Part shown: piece by piece, positions 39,460-49,735 of the stretch
How positions within the stretch are numbered: position 1 is the stretch's first letter
Layout of the letters: each line of letters begins with the position of its first letter
DNA from: Candidatus Latescibacterota bacterium
Lineage (GTDB): Bacteria; Latescibacterota; UBA2968; GCA-2709665
Length of the DNA stretch: 64,000 nucleotides
Assembly (NCBI GenBank): GCA_965222075.1
Contig: OZ244937.1
Coordinates: 4,224,001 to 4,288,000 of the forward strand
Direction: 5' to 3'
Notes under the pieces: model-generated
What the model was told of the DNA's origin: nothing
What the model saw: the letters and a program-made list of their open reading frames with translations, nothing else
Databases searched by the model: none
Program-made: the position numbers and the translations under genes

Positions 39460-40569
39460 TTAGAAGGGTTCGAGAGGTCGTTCTTCTAAGAGGAAGTCAA
39501 TCAGTTTTCGATTGGCGCGGGAAAAGGCATAGTTAGAGAGTTCATCCGGCGACACCCAGCGGGCCTCCACGCAGCCCAGCGGGCGGGTCCGACCGGACCG
39601 GTAGGCGCATTGGAAGGCGTGCATGGTGACGCTGAAGTGCGTGAAGGCGTGTTTGACGGTGCGGAAACGGCTCACGATCGCCACTTGCACCCCGGTTTCC
39701 TCCCGTATTCCCCGGAGGCAGCAGTCCTGCAGGGTTTCTCCGGTTTGCAGGCGAGCTGCAGGGAATTCCCAGAGCCCCCCCAGGAGGCCTTTTTCGGAGC
39801 GGCGGGCGATGAGGAGGGCGCCGCCTCGCCAGACGAGGCCCACGCCCATCGTGTGGTGGGGCCGCGCCTTTTTCGGGGCTTTGACCGGGAGCGATTCGGG
39901 ACGGCCCGATTGGAACGCGGCGCAGTGGGGGGCCAGGGGACACGTCGCGCAGTCTGGCAGCTTGGGACGGCACACAATGGCCCCCAGTTCCATCATCGCC
40001 TGGTTGTAGGCGCCAGCCTTCCCTTTTGGAAGGAGTTTGTCGGCCAGTTCCCAGAGGTGGTTTTTAACGCGGATCTGAGAGGTGTCATCGGCGATTCCGA
40101 AGAGGCGGCAGAGCACCCGGATGACGTTGCCGTCGAGTACGGCGTGATCGCGGTTGAAGGCGATGCTGAGCACGGCCGCCGTGGTGTAGGGTCCAAAGCC
40201 GGGCAGAGAGGCGAGGTCGTCGTAGGTGTCGGGGACAGTGCTGTTGAATGCTTTGACGATGGTCTGTGCGGCCCGATGGAGGTTGCGCGCCCGGGCGTAG
40301 TATCCAAGCCCTTCCCAGGCCTTGAGGATGTCGGCCCGTGGGGCCGCGGCCAGGCACTGGAGGGTGGGAAAGCGGGCCAGGAAGCGGTGGTAGTAGGGGG
40401 TGACGGTGCCCACCTGGGTCTGCTGCAGCATAAATTCGGCAAGCAGGATGTGGTAGGGGTCGCAGGTCCGACGCCAGGGGAGGTCCCGTTTGGTCCGGTG
40501 ATACCAGGCCAGGAGACGGCGCTGGATTGCGGACCGCTTTTGGGGAGGGATGTTGAAGGGGTTGTCCAT
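39460..40569 (-). CDS. mutY: A/G-specific adenine glycosylase
   Basis: RDLPWR, EFMLQQTQV, WEGLGYYARARNL, DGNVIRV, Fe-S Cys cluster, C-terminal NUDIX-like domain. Confidence 0.96.
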   Translation of the reverse strand: MDNPFNIPPQKRSAIQRRLLAWYHRTKRDLPWRRTCDPYHILLAEFMLQQTQVGTVTPYYHRFLARFPTLQCLAAAPRADILKAWEGLGYYARARNLHRAAQTIVKAFNSTVPDTYDDLASLPGFGPYTTAAVLSIAFNRDHAVLDGNVIRVLCRLFGIADDTSQIRVKNHLWELADKLLPKGKAGAYNQAMMELGAIVCRPKLPDCATCPLAPHCAAFQSGRPESLPVKAPKKARPHHTMGVGLVWRGGALLIARRSEKGLLGGLWEFPAARLQTGETLQDCCLRGIREETGVQVAIVSRFRTVKHAFTHFSVTMHAFQCAYRSGRTRPLGCVEARWVSPDELSNYAFSRANRKLIDFLLEERPLEPF

Positions 40570-40614
40570 ACTGGAAAGGGTCACAAAAGCGTTTTGGAAA
40601 CATACACCGAAGGA

Positions 40615-40639
40615 GGGGCGAGGCATGCCTCGCCTTTAC
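40615..40639. repeat. REP-like palindrome GGCGAGGCATGCCTCGCC
   Basis: Perfect 18-bp palindrome with a TTTAC foot. Confidence 0.7.
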
Positions 40640-40813
40640 GGTTTTTCCCTGTGGGGGCACCCAGGCGGGCCTTCACGGTTTGAACGGCCCCGGGGCCTCC
40701 CTGCCGACGACCATTGTCCCAAAGCCGAGGTAGAGGGCCTGATCGCAGTAAGAGGAGATCGAGGGTTTGGGCTTTTGGGCCATTTTCTTCGAGTGATCCC
40801 TTTTGAGTTGGGT

Positions 40814-41107
40814 CTACCCTTCGCGCTCTGTGTTGTGAGCGATTTCGCGGGCGTGTTTGGTAACGATTTTCTCGGGGGTTTTTCGAATGAGATTCCGGAT
40901 GGAGAGGAGAAAGATGAAAAGATCCTCTCCAAGGCCGAAATGGGGAACGAAGGCTTCGGGGATAAGATCGAACGGAGAAAGCACGTAGAGGACCGCGGCC
41001 ACAACGATCAGTTTGAGGTACCAGGGTACACGGGAATCCACCATCAACCGCCAGGACAGCCTGAGGTATTTCGGCAGGCGTATGAGGATTGAGAAGAGTC
41101 CGTGCAC
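40814..41107 (-). CDS. DUF1232 (YkvA) membrane protein
   Basis: DSRVPWYLK...YVLSPFDLIPE...GLGED; GGAGG before GTG. Confidence 0.8.
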   Translation of the reverse strand: MHGLFSILIRLPKYLRLSWRLMVDSRVPWYLKLIVVAAVLYVLSPFDLIPEAFVPHFGLGEDLFIFLLSIRNLIRKTPEKIVTKHAREIAHNTEREG

Positions 41108-41148
41108 AGTTTGTGATACCTCCAGACGATCATCAACTGCCTGCTTTC

Positions 41149-42027
41149 CTACGACAGAAAGAAGGGCTGCGTCCAGGCCATCCGCCCGCCCTGGCCGTAG
41201 CATTCTACCCGGACGTAGGTGGTGTTGGATCCGTAGGTGAGGTCATCGGGGAGACGGAAGGCGGCACCGTTGCTGTCTACCGTCTTCTGAATGACGCCAT
41301 AATCGCTGATCAGTCGGATGCGCTGGGCGTCGGACGCTGCGGTGAAGATGGTGTTTTCCGTTGTCTCGATTGTTTGGATGGTGACGCCGGTGGAGGCATA
41401 GAAGCGGCCCGTCCGGAGGGCCTCTATAATGGCTTCGGGCGTCCGTTCGTCCACCTGTACTGTGCTCCAGCTTCTGGCCACGTCTTCGGGCCGGTGGGAG
41501 TCGTCGGTGCCAAACCCCCAGACCCGGCGGCCCTGAGAGAGGAGGCGGTCCCAGCGGTCGGTGGCCAGCGGGATTCCCTGAAGACGTTCGATCACGCCGT
41601 TGTAGATTTCGATGCCGACGTAGCCCTGAAGCTGTTCCATGAGTTCCTGGGGGAAGTGGTTGTAGTGGCTCTGCCAGTTGGGATGATTGAGGACGGCAAA
41701 GGCGCCCTGCGCTGCAACGGCGTTGATGACCGTCTGACGATCTTCCCGGGGTTCGACGATTTCCGTCGTTCCGATGTGGAGGATGTGGGGCCCCAGGGCC
41801 GTGACTTCGACCGCAGGAAGCAGGACCATCGCGGTGTGTTCACGATGGGCGTCCGGATCAACGAATGCGTCGTGGTCCGAGATCGCCAGGTAGTCGTACC
41901 CCCGACTTTCGTAGTCGGCAATGACCTCTTGGGCAGGGTGGGTGCCGTCGCTGAGGGTGGTGTGGCTGTGCAGGTTGCCCCTCAGCCATTCGCCGGACGA
42001 TCGGTAGGTGCTCGCAATTGTGGCCAT
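41149..42027 (-). CDS. PHP-domain metallohydrolase (CehA/McbA-like)
   Basis: GNLHSHTTLSDG, ISDHD, NHP, GTDDSH. Confidence 0.85.
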   Translation of the reverse strand: MATIASTYRSSGEWLRGNLHSHTTLSDGTHPAQEVIADYESRGYDYLAISDHDAFVDPDAHREHTAMVLLPAVEVTALGPHILHIGTTEIVEPREDRQTVINAVAAQGAFAVLNHPNWQSHYNHFPQELMEQLQGYVGIEIYNGVIERLQGIPLATDRWDRLLSQGRRVWGFGTDDSHRPEDVARSWSTVQVDERTPEAIIEALRTGRFYASTGVTIQTIETTENTIFTAASDAQRIRLISDYGVIQKTVDSNGAAFRLPDDLTYGSNTTYVRVECYGQGGRMAWTQPFFLS

Positions 42028-42044
42028 ATCTCCTCTTTCGTTGT

Positions 42045-43703
42045 TTATCCTTCTCCCCGCGTCACCATCTTTTGAACGATCTCCCGAAGGGCGTTGCGCT
42101 GTACTTTCCCGGTAGAGGTCATCGGTAGAAGATGGGGCTGCATGGGAATAACTTTGCGGGGGGCTTCATAGGGACTCAGACCGGGGATCTGCCCGGCCTG
42201 TCCAGCCTGGACAATACGGAGCGCAGCGGCCGCCTGTTTCTCCGGAGTGAGGCCGTTGCGGAAGATGAGGGCGGCGCAGATGTCTTCCCCCCAGCGGGGG
42301 TCTTCGATGCCGACGACGTAGGCGGCGGACAGGTCGGACAAGGCCTCCACCAGGGCATTTTCCACGGCGATAGGGGAGACGTTCACGCCGCCTTTGATCA
42401 GGATTTCCTTTTTCCGGCCGTGGACGAAGATATAGGTTCGGCCCCCGACCCTGCGCCTGAAGCCGATGTCGCCAGTGTGGAACCAGCCGTTGCGGAAGAC
42501 CTCGGCCGTGGCTTCGGGCTGGTTGAGGTAGCCTGCGGAGACGACCGGGCCCCGGACCAGGATTTCACCCAATTCGCCTTCGGGGGGATCACCGTCGATT
42601 CGGATGTTGTTGTTGGCCAGTTCCACGCCGGCGGCATTCTGGGCCAGGACCTCCCGGTAGTCCGCCTCGGGCAGGTCGGGAGGGACGCCGGTGACGCGGA
42701 GGCTGACTTCGGTGGCGCCGTAGCCCTGGACCAGGCGGACGCCGAAGCGGTCGTAGAACCGGCAGGCGGCCCCGGCGGGCACGGGCGCAGAGCCGATCAT
42801 GATCTTTTTGAGCGACGAGATGTCGTGGCCTTCCTCGAAGAAGCGGTCGGCGCCGGCGAGGAGGTCCCCCATGATGGTGGGCACGATGCTGCTGGAGGTG
42901 GCCCGTTCACCGGCGATGACGGGCCAGAATTTAGAGGCGCGGTAGCGGGAGTTGAGGATCAAGGTACCCCCGACCATAAAGAGGGTGATCGAGAAGATGA
43001 TGGAGTTGACGTGGTGGAGGGGGAGGACCAAGCTGAGGCGTTCGCGCTCATCAAATTCGAGCCATTGGGCAATGCCATCGGCGTTGCCGGCGATGCTCTG
43101 CCGGGTCAGCAGCACCCCCTTGGGATGGCCGGTTGTGCCGGAGGTGTAGAGGATGATATTTACGGCCTGTTCACCATTGGGAACGCCGCTCCACTCCGGC
43201 TCCAGGTCGGCGACCTTACCAGATGCACCGACAAGCAGGCGGTCTGTGGCGACGATGGGGATGTCCGAGACGATTTCTTTTTCCGTGTCCAGGTTTTCGG
43301 GCAGGACACACAGGAGCTTTGCGCAGGCGTCCTTCAGCTTGTAGCGCTTACGCTCCGGCACGTCCCGTTTCAGGTCGAGGGGGACGGAGGCTGCGCCCAG
43401 GCGGAAGAGGGCCAGGTTGAGCAGGAGGATTTCGGGGCAGTTGGGCAGGGCCAGGGCCACCCGGTCGCCCGGTCCGATGTCAAAGATGCGGTGGAGATGC
43501 CCGGCCAGGGCGGCGGTCTGGCGGTCTAAGTCGGCGTAGGTGATGACCCGGCGCGTTTCCCGGTCCAGTTCCCGAAAGATCAGGGCAGGTTTTTCACCTT
43601 GCCCTGACGCGCGCTCCTGGAGGAGGTGCGTGAAGTTTTTCCAGGGGAACCGGTAGGTATGTGTGGCGCCGTCTTTTGTGCAGGTGAAGATTTGAGGATG
43701 CAT
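42045..43703 (-). CDS. Class I adenylate-forming enzyme (acyl-CoA ligase)
   Basis: YTSGTTGHPKG, GYGATE, FHTGDIG, GGVNVSP, TSTGKV. Confidence 0.9.
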   Translation of the reverse strand: MHPQIFTCTKDGATHTYRFPWKNFTHLLQERASGQGEKPALIFRELDRETRRVITYADLDRQTAALAGHLHRIFDIGPGDRVALALPNCPEILLLNLALFRLGAASVPLDLKRDVPERKRYKLKDACAKLLCVLPENLDTEKEIVSDIPIVATDRLLVGASGKVADLEPEWSGVPNGEQAVNIILYTSGTTGHPKGVLLTRQSIAGNADGIAQWLEFDERERLSLVLPLHHVNSIIFSITLFMVGGTLILNSRYRASKFWPVIAGERATSSSIVPTIMGDLLAGADRFFEEGHDISSLKKIMIGSAPVPAGAACRFYDRFGVRLVQGYGATEVSLRVTGVPPDLPEADYREVLAQNAAGVELANNNIRIDGDPPEGELGEILVRGPVVSAGYLNQPEATAEVFRNGWFHTGDIGFRRRVGGRTYIFVHGRKKEILIKGGVNVSPIAVENALVEALSDLSAAYVVGIEDPRWGEDICAALIFRNGLTPEKQAAAALRIVQAGQAGQIPGLSPYEAPRKVIPMQPHLLPMTSTGKVQRNALREIVQKMVTRGEG

Positions 43704-43768
43704 AGCAGAGGTCAGAGATCAGGGGTCAACGGTCAGGAGCCAGTGGTTGGTTTTCTTACTTACGTGCC

Positions 43769-44854
43769 TTAGACCTCGCCGCACTGTGCCCGGTAGCGCA
43801 GGTAGTGGTCGCACAGGACGAGGGCGACCATAGCTTCTACTATTGGCACGGCGCGGGGCAGGACGCAGGGGTCGTGGCGGCCCCGGCCTTTCAGCGTGGT
43901 CGGGTTGCCCTGTACGTCCACGGTTTCCTGCTCTTTGAGGATGGTGGCCGTGGGTTTGAAGACGACCCGGAGCAGGATGTCTTCTCCGTTGGAGATGCCG
44001 CCCTGAATGCCGCCGGAGTAGTTGGTGCGGGTGCGCACCCGTTTCCCATTGCTGTAGAAGGGGTCGTTGTGGGTCGAGCCGGTCATTTCCACACCGGCAA
44101 AACCGGAGCCGACTTCGAAGCCCTTGCAGGCCGGCAGAGAGAGGAGCGCTTTGCCCAGGTCGGCTTCCAGCTTGTCGAAGACCGGCTGTCCCAGGCCGAC
44201 CGGGACGCTGCGGGCCACGGCTTCTACGATGCCGCCTAAGGAGTCTCCCTCCCTGCGCGCCTGTTCGATCCGTTCGACCATACGCTCTGCGATCTCCGGG
44301 TGGGGGCAGCGTACGATGTTGGCTTCTACCTGCTTTTGGGTGACCGTGTCGGGATCGATGTCGGCGGCGATTTTGTGGACCTGTTTGACGTAGGCCAGGA
44401 TTTCGGCGCCGCAGGCCTCCCGAAGGATTTTGCGGGCGACCGCCCCGGCTGCAACCCGGCCGACCGTTTCCCGGGCGCTGGCACGGCCGCCGCCCTGCCA
44501 GTTCCGAATGCCATATTTGGCCTGGTAGGTGTAGTCGGCGTGCGAGGGCCGGTATTTGGTGCGCATCTCCTCGTAGTCTTTGGCCCGGGCGTCTTTGTTC
44601 CAGACGAGCAGGGAGATGGGCGTGCCGAGGGTTTTTCCTTCAAAGAGGCCCGAGAGGATTTCCACGCGGTCGGCTTCCTGCCGCTGGGTGGTGATCCGGC
44701 TCTGTCCGGGCCGCCGCCGGTCGAGTTCAGCCTGGATTTCTTCCGCTGTGATCGCAAGGTTGGGGGGACATCCGTCGATGATTACGCCGCCGCCCCCCCC
44801 GTGGGATTCGCCCCAGGTGGTGATGCGAAACAGGTGTCCAAATGAATTTCCCAT
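43769..44854 (-). CDS. aroC: Chorismate synthase
   Basis: [34 protein letters not shown]. Confidence 0.98.
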   Translation of the reverse strand: MGNSFGHLFRITTWGESHGGGGGVIIDGCPPNLAITAEEIQAELDRRRPGQSRITTQRQEADRVEILSGLFEGKTLGTPISLLVWNKDARAKDYEEMRTKYRPSHADYTYQAKYGIRNWQGGGRASARETVGRVAAGAVARKILREACGAEILAYVKQVHKIAADIDPDTVTQKQVEANIVRCPHPEIAERMVERIEQARREGDSLGGIVEAVARSVPVGLGQPVFDKLEADLGKALLSLPACKGFEVGSGFAGVEMTGSTHNDPFYSNGKRVRTRTNYSGGIQGGISNGEDILLRVVFKPTATILKEQETVDVQGNPTTLKGRGRHDPCVLPRAVPIVEAMVALVLCDHYLRYRAQCGEV

Positions 44855-44933
44855 TGCCCGCTGCTCCTGTTAACATTCTGTTGAAAGGCCACATCTTATA
44901 TCCAATTTACCGAATCAGAGTATGGGGGTCAAG

Positions 44934-44993
44934 AAAATTGAAGATTGCCAGGATTGAAGATTGAAGATTGAAAAATGCTCAATGCTCAATGTC
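44934..44993. repeat. 7-nt-period array (AAGATTG)n followed by (AATGCTC)n
   Basis: Directly visible tandem heptamers with ATTG/CAAT inverted cores. Confidence 0.7.
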
Positions 44994-45082
44994 TTTGTGG
45001 CTTGACAGGCGTCCGGCGCGGCCCTATTTTGGGACTTCAGGATTTGGGTTCAGCGATCGGATTTGATCAGGAGGATGTTGAG

Positions 45083-45862
45083 ATGGCGGAGATCTATTCG
45101 GGTATTTTAGAGGAGATGACGATTGAGGAGGTGCGGGCGTTGGATCCGAACGTGTGCGTGATTCCGATCGGGTCGACCGAGCCGCACGGGCCGGCGCTGC
45201 CTTACGGGACCGACAGTTTCCAGGTGGAGACAACCAGCTATGGGGGGACGCGGGAGTCGAACAGGCTGGGGGGGCGTGTGCTGTGCCTGCCGTCGCTGCG
45301 GATCAGTCTGAACAACAATTTTCGGGCATTTCCGTTTGCCTGCCGGATGCAGGTGTCGACGTTTATGGCGTTGTTGAAAGATCTGGTGGAGATGTGCGAG
45401 GCGGAGGGGATTCTGCGGGTGGTTCTTGTGAACGGACACGGCGGCAATCTGGATGCGATCCGCGCCGTGCAGCGCGACTTGGCCGCGCGTGACGGGGCTT
45501 TTGTCTGTCTGATCCCTGCAACGGGATGCGCCTCTGCAGAGGCCCGGAGCGTCTGGGAGAACCGGAGCGACCACGCCGGAGAAGAGGAGACCTCCCAGAT
45601 GCTGTATCTGCGGTCCGATCTGGTGCGCAAGCAGAAGATCGGGGACAATCCCCGGATGCAGCCCAGTGTGGAGGTATTGACGGAGTTCAAGGCGGAGTTC
45701 GTGCGGCCCTGGCACCTCTACCTGCCCACATCGGCCGGGGGAGACGCCACAAAGGCCTCGGCCGAGAAGGGAGAGAGGGTGATCGGATCGGCGATTGAAG
45801 GGATGGGGCGGTTCTTAGCGGAGCTGTCGAAGGTGCCGGAGGGTGAGACGTTTCCGTATTGA
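45083..45862 (+). CDS. Creatininase family amidohydrolase
   Basis: PIGSTEPHGPALPYGTD, VNGHGGN, HAGEEETS. Confidence 0.9.
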   Translation: MAEIYSGILEEMTIEEVRALDPNVCVIPIGSTEPHGPALPYGTDSFQVETTSYGGTRESNRLGGRVLCLPSLRISLNNNFRAFPFACRMQVSTFMALLKDLVEMCEAEGILRVVLVNGHGGNLDAIRAVQRDLAARDGAFVCLIPATGCASAEARSVWENRSDHAGEEETSQMLYLRSDLVRKQKIGDNPRMQPSVEVLTEFKAEFVRPWHLYLPTSAGGDATKASAEKGERVIGSAIEGMGRFLAELSKVPEGETFPY

Positions 45863-45882
45863 AGACGGCAGAAGGCAAAGAC

Positions 45883-45911
45883 GCAGGGGCGACCCGGCGG
45901 GTCGCCCCTGC
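45883..45911. repeat. REP-like palindrome GCAGGGGCGACCC-GGC-GGGTCGCCCCTGC
   Basis: 13-bp perfect stem; a half copy lies at 57059-57071. Confidence 0.7.
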
Positions 45912-45978
45912 TGTGGATTTGGATTGACCTGCAGAGCGCCGGGATTTATCTTGGAGTTGAGACGCGAAAGGAGAAAAG

Positions 45979-46947
45979 ATGGACGAGGTTAAGATCGGGT
46001 TTGTGGGATGCGGGGGGAACGCGCGCGGGCATATGAGGCGGCTGGTGGAAATGGAGGGGGCGCAGATTGTGGCGGTGTGCGACCTGGTGGAGGAGCTGGC
46101 GCAGCAGGCGGCGGAGCTGACGGGGGGCGCGGCTTATACCGATTTTCGGCGGATGCTGGAGCAGGATGACCTGGACGCCGTGTACCTGAGTATTCCGGTA
46201 TTCGCCCACGGAGAACCGGAGCTGGCCGTGATCGACCGGGGGCTGCCGTTTCTGGTGGAGAAGCCGGTGGCGCGGGATATGGAGACGGCCTGGAAGGTGG
46301 AAGCAGCGGTGCAGCAGGCGGGGGTGATGACTTGTGTGGGGTACCAGCTTCGCTATTCCGGGGCCGCGGATATTGTCCGGGAAGCGCTTGAGGGAGAGAC
46401 GATTTCGATGGTGGTGGGGAAGTACTGGAGTGGAAGCGGCCGGGGGGATGCCGGCGCCTGGGTGCGGCAGTTCGCGAAGTCGGGCGGACAGCTGGTAGAG
46501 CAGGCCACCCATACAATCGATATCATGCGCTTTCTGGTGGGAGAGGTGGTCGAGGTGACGGCGCGGCACGCGTCCCGGCAGCTCCACACGATCGATTGTC
46601 CGGACGTTCACACGGTTCTGTTCGAGTTCGAAAACGGGGCGCTGGGAACGCTGACGACGACGTGGGCGTACGACCCTTCGGACTGGTCGAATGCCAATGT
46701 TTTGGATATTCTTTACGGCCAGTGTCTGATAAGCTGGTCTGGAGGGCGGGTGAGGATTACCGAGCATGGTGAGGCGCGAGAGCAGACAGCGCCCGGCCCC
46801 GGTATCGACGAAGTTTTCGTGGAGGCCGTGCGCAGGGGAGACGCATCGGAGATTCGTTCGCCCTATAGTGATGCGGTGAAAAGCCTGAGGGTTTCTCTGG
46901 CTGCGGTGGAGGCCGGAGAGACGCAAACGACGGTTCGGGTGCTGTGA
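45979..46947 (+). CDS. Gfo/Idh/MocA family oxidoreductase
   Basis: GFVGCGG, VEKP, SGGQLVEQATH. Confidence 0.88.
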   Translation: MDEVKIGFVGCGGNARGHMRRLVEMEGAQIVAVCDLVEELAQQAAELTGGAAYTDFRRMLEQDDLDAVYLSIPVFAHGEPELAVIDRGLPFLVEKPVARDMETAWKVEAAVQQAGVMTCVGYQLRYSGAADIVREALEGETISMVVGKYWSGSGRGDAGAWVRQFAKSGGQLVEQATHTIDIMRFLVGEVVEVTARHASRQLHTIDCPDVHTVLFEFENGALGTLTTTWAYDPSDWSNANVLDILYGQCLISWSGGRVRITEHGEAREQTAPGPGIDEVFVEAVRRGDASEIRSPYSDAVKSLRVSLAAVEAGETQTTVRVL

Positions 46948-46959
46948 AGGAGGCGTATT

Positions 46960-48060
46960 ATGGTGACGTATCAGGATCTGGGTATGCGGCCTTTTATCAA
47001 TGCGAGCGGGACGATCACGACGCTGGGGGGCAGCCTGATGCCTCAAGAAGTACTGGATGCGATGCAGGAGGCTGCGGGGGCGTTTATCGACCTGAACGAC
47101 CTCAACGTGAAGGCAGGGGAATACCTGGCGCGGCGGATTGGGGTGGAGGCGGCGTGCGTCTCCTGCGGCGCAGCCAGCGGCGTGCAGCTGTCGGCTGCGG
47201 CATGCCTGACGGGAACGGATGTGGAGCGGGTGCGGAGTTTGCCCAACATCGAGGGCTGGAAGAACGAGTTCGTGATCAGCATGGTTGACGCACACACGTA
47301 TATCCACCAGGGGATTGAGGTGTGCGGGGGAAGGCTGGTCCGGGTGGGAAGCAGGACGCAGGTGACCGCCGACGATATTGTAGGGGGCATCGGCGAGAAG
47401 ACGGCTGCGGTGGTCCACTTTCTGGGCAAGCAGAGCAAGGAGCAGCTGCGGGCAGTGGTTGCCGGGGCGGAGGAACGCGGGGTGCCGGTGATTGTGGATG
47501 CGGCTGCCCAGCTTCCTCCCCGCTCGAATCTGACCGAGATCGTGGGGATGGGTGCGAGTCTGGTGGTTTTCAGCGGGGGGAAGGGCCTGCGGGGCCCCCA
47601 AAGCAGCGGTCTGGTACTGGGGAAAAAGGCGTTTGTGGAGGCGGCTATGCTCAATGCGAGCCCCTACAGCGCTATCGGGCGGGGGATGAAGGTGGGTAAG
47701 GAGGAGACCCTGGGGCTGGTGGCGGCGGTGGATCGGTTTCTGAAGGGCAGGGACGAAGAGGACCGGCTCACCTGGGAATGGCAGGTGAGCTGTGTGGTGG
47801 AGGCGCTGGACGGCATCCCGGGCGTTCGGGCCTACATTTTAAGGGAGGGCCAGCAGGCTGCGCCCGATTTTGCGCCCCGGGCCTATGTCGATCTGGAAGG
47901 GGAAGCACAGGCGCAGGAGGTGGTTCGGGCAATGCGTGAGGGGGAGCCGTCGGTGGTGATCCGTGGGGGGCCGAAGGGTGTTGTTGTGGATCCGATGACG
48001 CTGATGCCAGGCGAAGAGGAGGTTGTGGCCCGGCGGTTGAAGGAGGTGCTGAGTGTCTGA
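46960..48060 (+). CDS. SelA-like PLP-dependent enzyme (DgaE-type)
   Basis: INASGTITTLGGS, VDAAA, FSGGKGLRGPQ, IGRGMKVGKEE; shorter than true SelA. Confidence 0.8.
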   Translation: MVTYQDLGMRPFINASGTITTLGGSLMPQEVLDAMQEAAGAFIDLNDLNVKAGEYLARRIGVEAACVSCGAASGVQLSAAACLTGTDVERVRSLPNIEGWKNEFVISMVDAHTYIHQGIEVCGGRLVRVGSRTQVTADDIVGGIGEKTAAVVHFLGKQSKEQLRAVVAGAEERGVPVIVDAAAQLPPRSNLTEIVGMGASLVVFSGGKGLRGPQSSGLVLGKKAFVEAAMLNASPYSAIGRGMKVGKEETLGLVAAVDRFLKGRDEEDRLTWEWQVSCVVEALDGIPGVRAYILREGQQAAPDFAPRAYVDLEGEAQAQEVVRAMREGEPSVVIRGGPKGVVVDPMTLMPGEEEVVARRLKEVLSV

Positions 48061-48094
48061 TGGATGCGCCTGGTTTGGAAGATAAGGATTCCCT

Positions 48095-49546
48095 ATGGCC
48101 ATTTCGGTGAAACAGATTGATCTGAACGTGCTGAATATGAGGACCCGGATGCCGTTCAGGTACGGGATTGCGTCCTTAGTTGCACTGCCGCACCTGTTTT
48201 TGCAGGCGACAGTCGATGTGAACGGCCGGACAGCGGTGGGGCACTCGTCGGACGGACTGCCGCCCAAGTGGTTCACCAAATACGCCGAGACGTCGTTCGG
48301 CGAGGACTTAGAGGAGATGCTCACGGTGATCCGGCAGGCCTGCGCACTGGCGCAGCAGGCGGCGCCTGCGGATACGGTGTTTGACCTGTGGTGGGAGCTG
48401 TATACCCGGCAGAAGGACTGGGCCGCCGCGACCGCTTATCCCCCGCTGCTGTGGGGGTTCGGGGTGAGCCTGGTGGAGCGGGCGGTGATCGACGCGTTCT
48501 GCCGGTGTGAGGGCATGCCGTTTTTCCGGGCACTGCGCGAGAATACGCCGGGCATCCGCCTGGGAGAGATCCACGGCGAACTGGCCGATTTCAGCCTGGC
48601 CGATCTGTTGCCGGCGCATCCGAACCGATCGGTGATTGCACGCCAGACCATCGGGCTGACCGACCCTCTGACGGATGGCGATATTCCTGAGGAGGAACGC
48701 CTCGACGACGGCCTGCCTCAGTCTCTGGAAGCCAGCCTGCGTGCGTACGGGCTTACCCATTTGAAGATTAAGCTCTTCGGAGACGCGGAGACAGATTCGG
48801 AGCGGCTCAAACAGATTGCCGATCTGATGGCCCGCCATGCAAGCTCCGGGTACGCGTTTACGCTGGATTGGAACGAGCAGTATACCGAGTTGGAGCCTTT
48901 CAGGGTTCTCTGGGAATCCATCCTGGCGGATGCGTCTCTGGCCGCTCTTATGGAGGGGCTGCTGTTTGTGGAACAGCCGCTTCACCGCGATGTGTCGCTG
49001 GGCCCTCGGGTGAAGTCCGCGATGCAGGGCTGGCCCGATCGCCCGCCGCTGATTATCGATGAGTCGGACGCGACCTTCTCAAGCGTGCTTGAGGCATTAG
49101 ACTGCGGCTATGTCGGCACCAGCCACAAGAATTGCAAGGGGGTTTTTAAGGGGATCGCCAATGCATGTCTTCTGGAATACCGGCGGCGCACCGATCCGGG
49201 CGGGCGCTACATCCTGAGCAGCGAAGACCTGGCCAATGTGGGACCCGTGGCGCTTTTTCAGGATCTGGCGGTTGCGCTCAATTTGGGGCTTGACCATGTC
49301 GAGCGCAACGGCCACCACTATTTTGCCGGGTTGAGCATGTACCCCGAGGACCTGCAGGTACAGGTGCTTTCGCACCACGGCACGCTGTATCGCAAACACG
49401 AACGGGGATTTCCCGCCTTAGATATCCGAAGCGGCCGGATTGATACGAGCAGTGTTGTGGATGCGCCGTTCGGCTACCGGTTCGACTTAGATACGACACG
49501 GTTCACGCCGCTGGAAGACTGGACGGACGACTCTTTGGAGATTTGA
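48095..49546 (+). CDS. Uncharacterised enolase-superfamily protein
   Basis: KIK, TLDWNE, VEQP, IIDES, SHKNCKG, ERNGHHY. Confidence 0.65.
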   Translation: MAISVKQIDLNVLNMRTRMPFRYGIASLVALPHLFLQATVDVNGRTAVGHSSDGLPPKWFTKYAETSFGEDLEEMLTVIRQACALAQQAAPADTVFDLWWELYTRQKDWAAATAYPPLLWGFGVSLVERAVIDAFCRCEGMPFFRALRENTPGIRLGEIHGELADFSLADLLPAHPNRSVIARQTIGLTDPLTDGDIPEEERLDDGLPQSLEASLRAYGLTHLKIKLFGDAETDSERLKQIADLMARHASSGYAFTLDWNEQYTELEPFRVLWESILADASLAALMEGLLFVEQPLHRDVSLGPRVKSAMQGWPDRPPLIIDESDATFSSVLEALDCGYVGTSHKNCKGVFKGIANACLLEYRRRTDPGGRYILSSEDLANVGPVALFQDLAVALNLGLDHVERNGHHYFAGLSMYPEDLQVQVLSHHGTLYRKHERGFPALDIRSGRIDTSSVVDAPFGYRFDLDTTRFTPLEDWTDDSLEI

Positions 49547-49735
49547 GAAATTTCAAATGCAATCCTAAACGCTGTGCTGCCATCGGTGCAGGCCCTAAAC
49601 GTCTGGCGCCATTGAGATCGCGATTGTGGAAAAACAGAACTGGAACGGCCTCTCGGACGAAGACGGCATATAGGGGCACGGTGTGCCGTGTGGTAGGGTT
49701 GGGCCCGGTTGCCGGTTGTCACAGTGGAGGTGTAT

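Noticed and set aside
46960-48060. Selenocysteine synthase SelA linked to the selenoprotein
   Set aside because: The size (366 aa) and GRGMKVGKEE motif fit the DgaE/SelA-like group; no selB or selC is nearby
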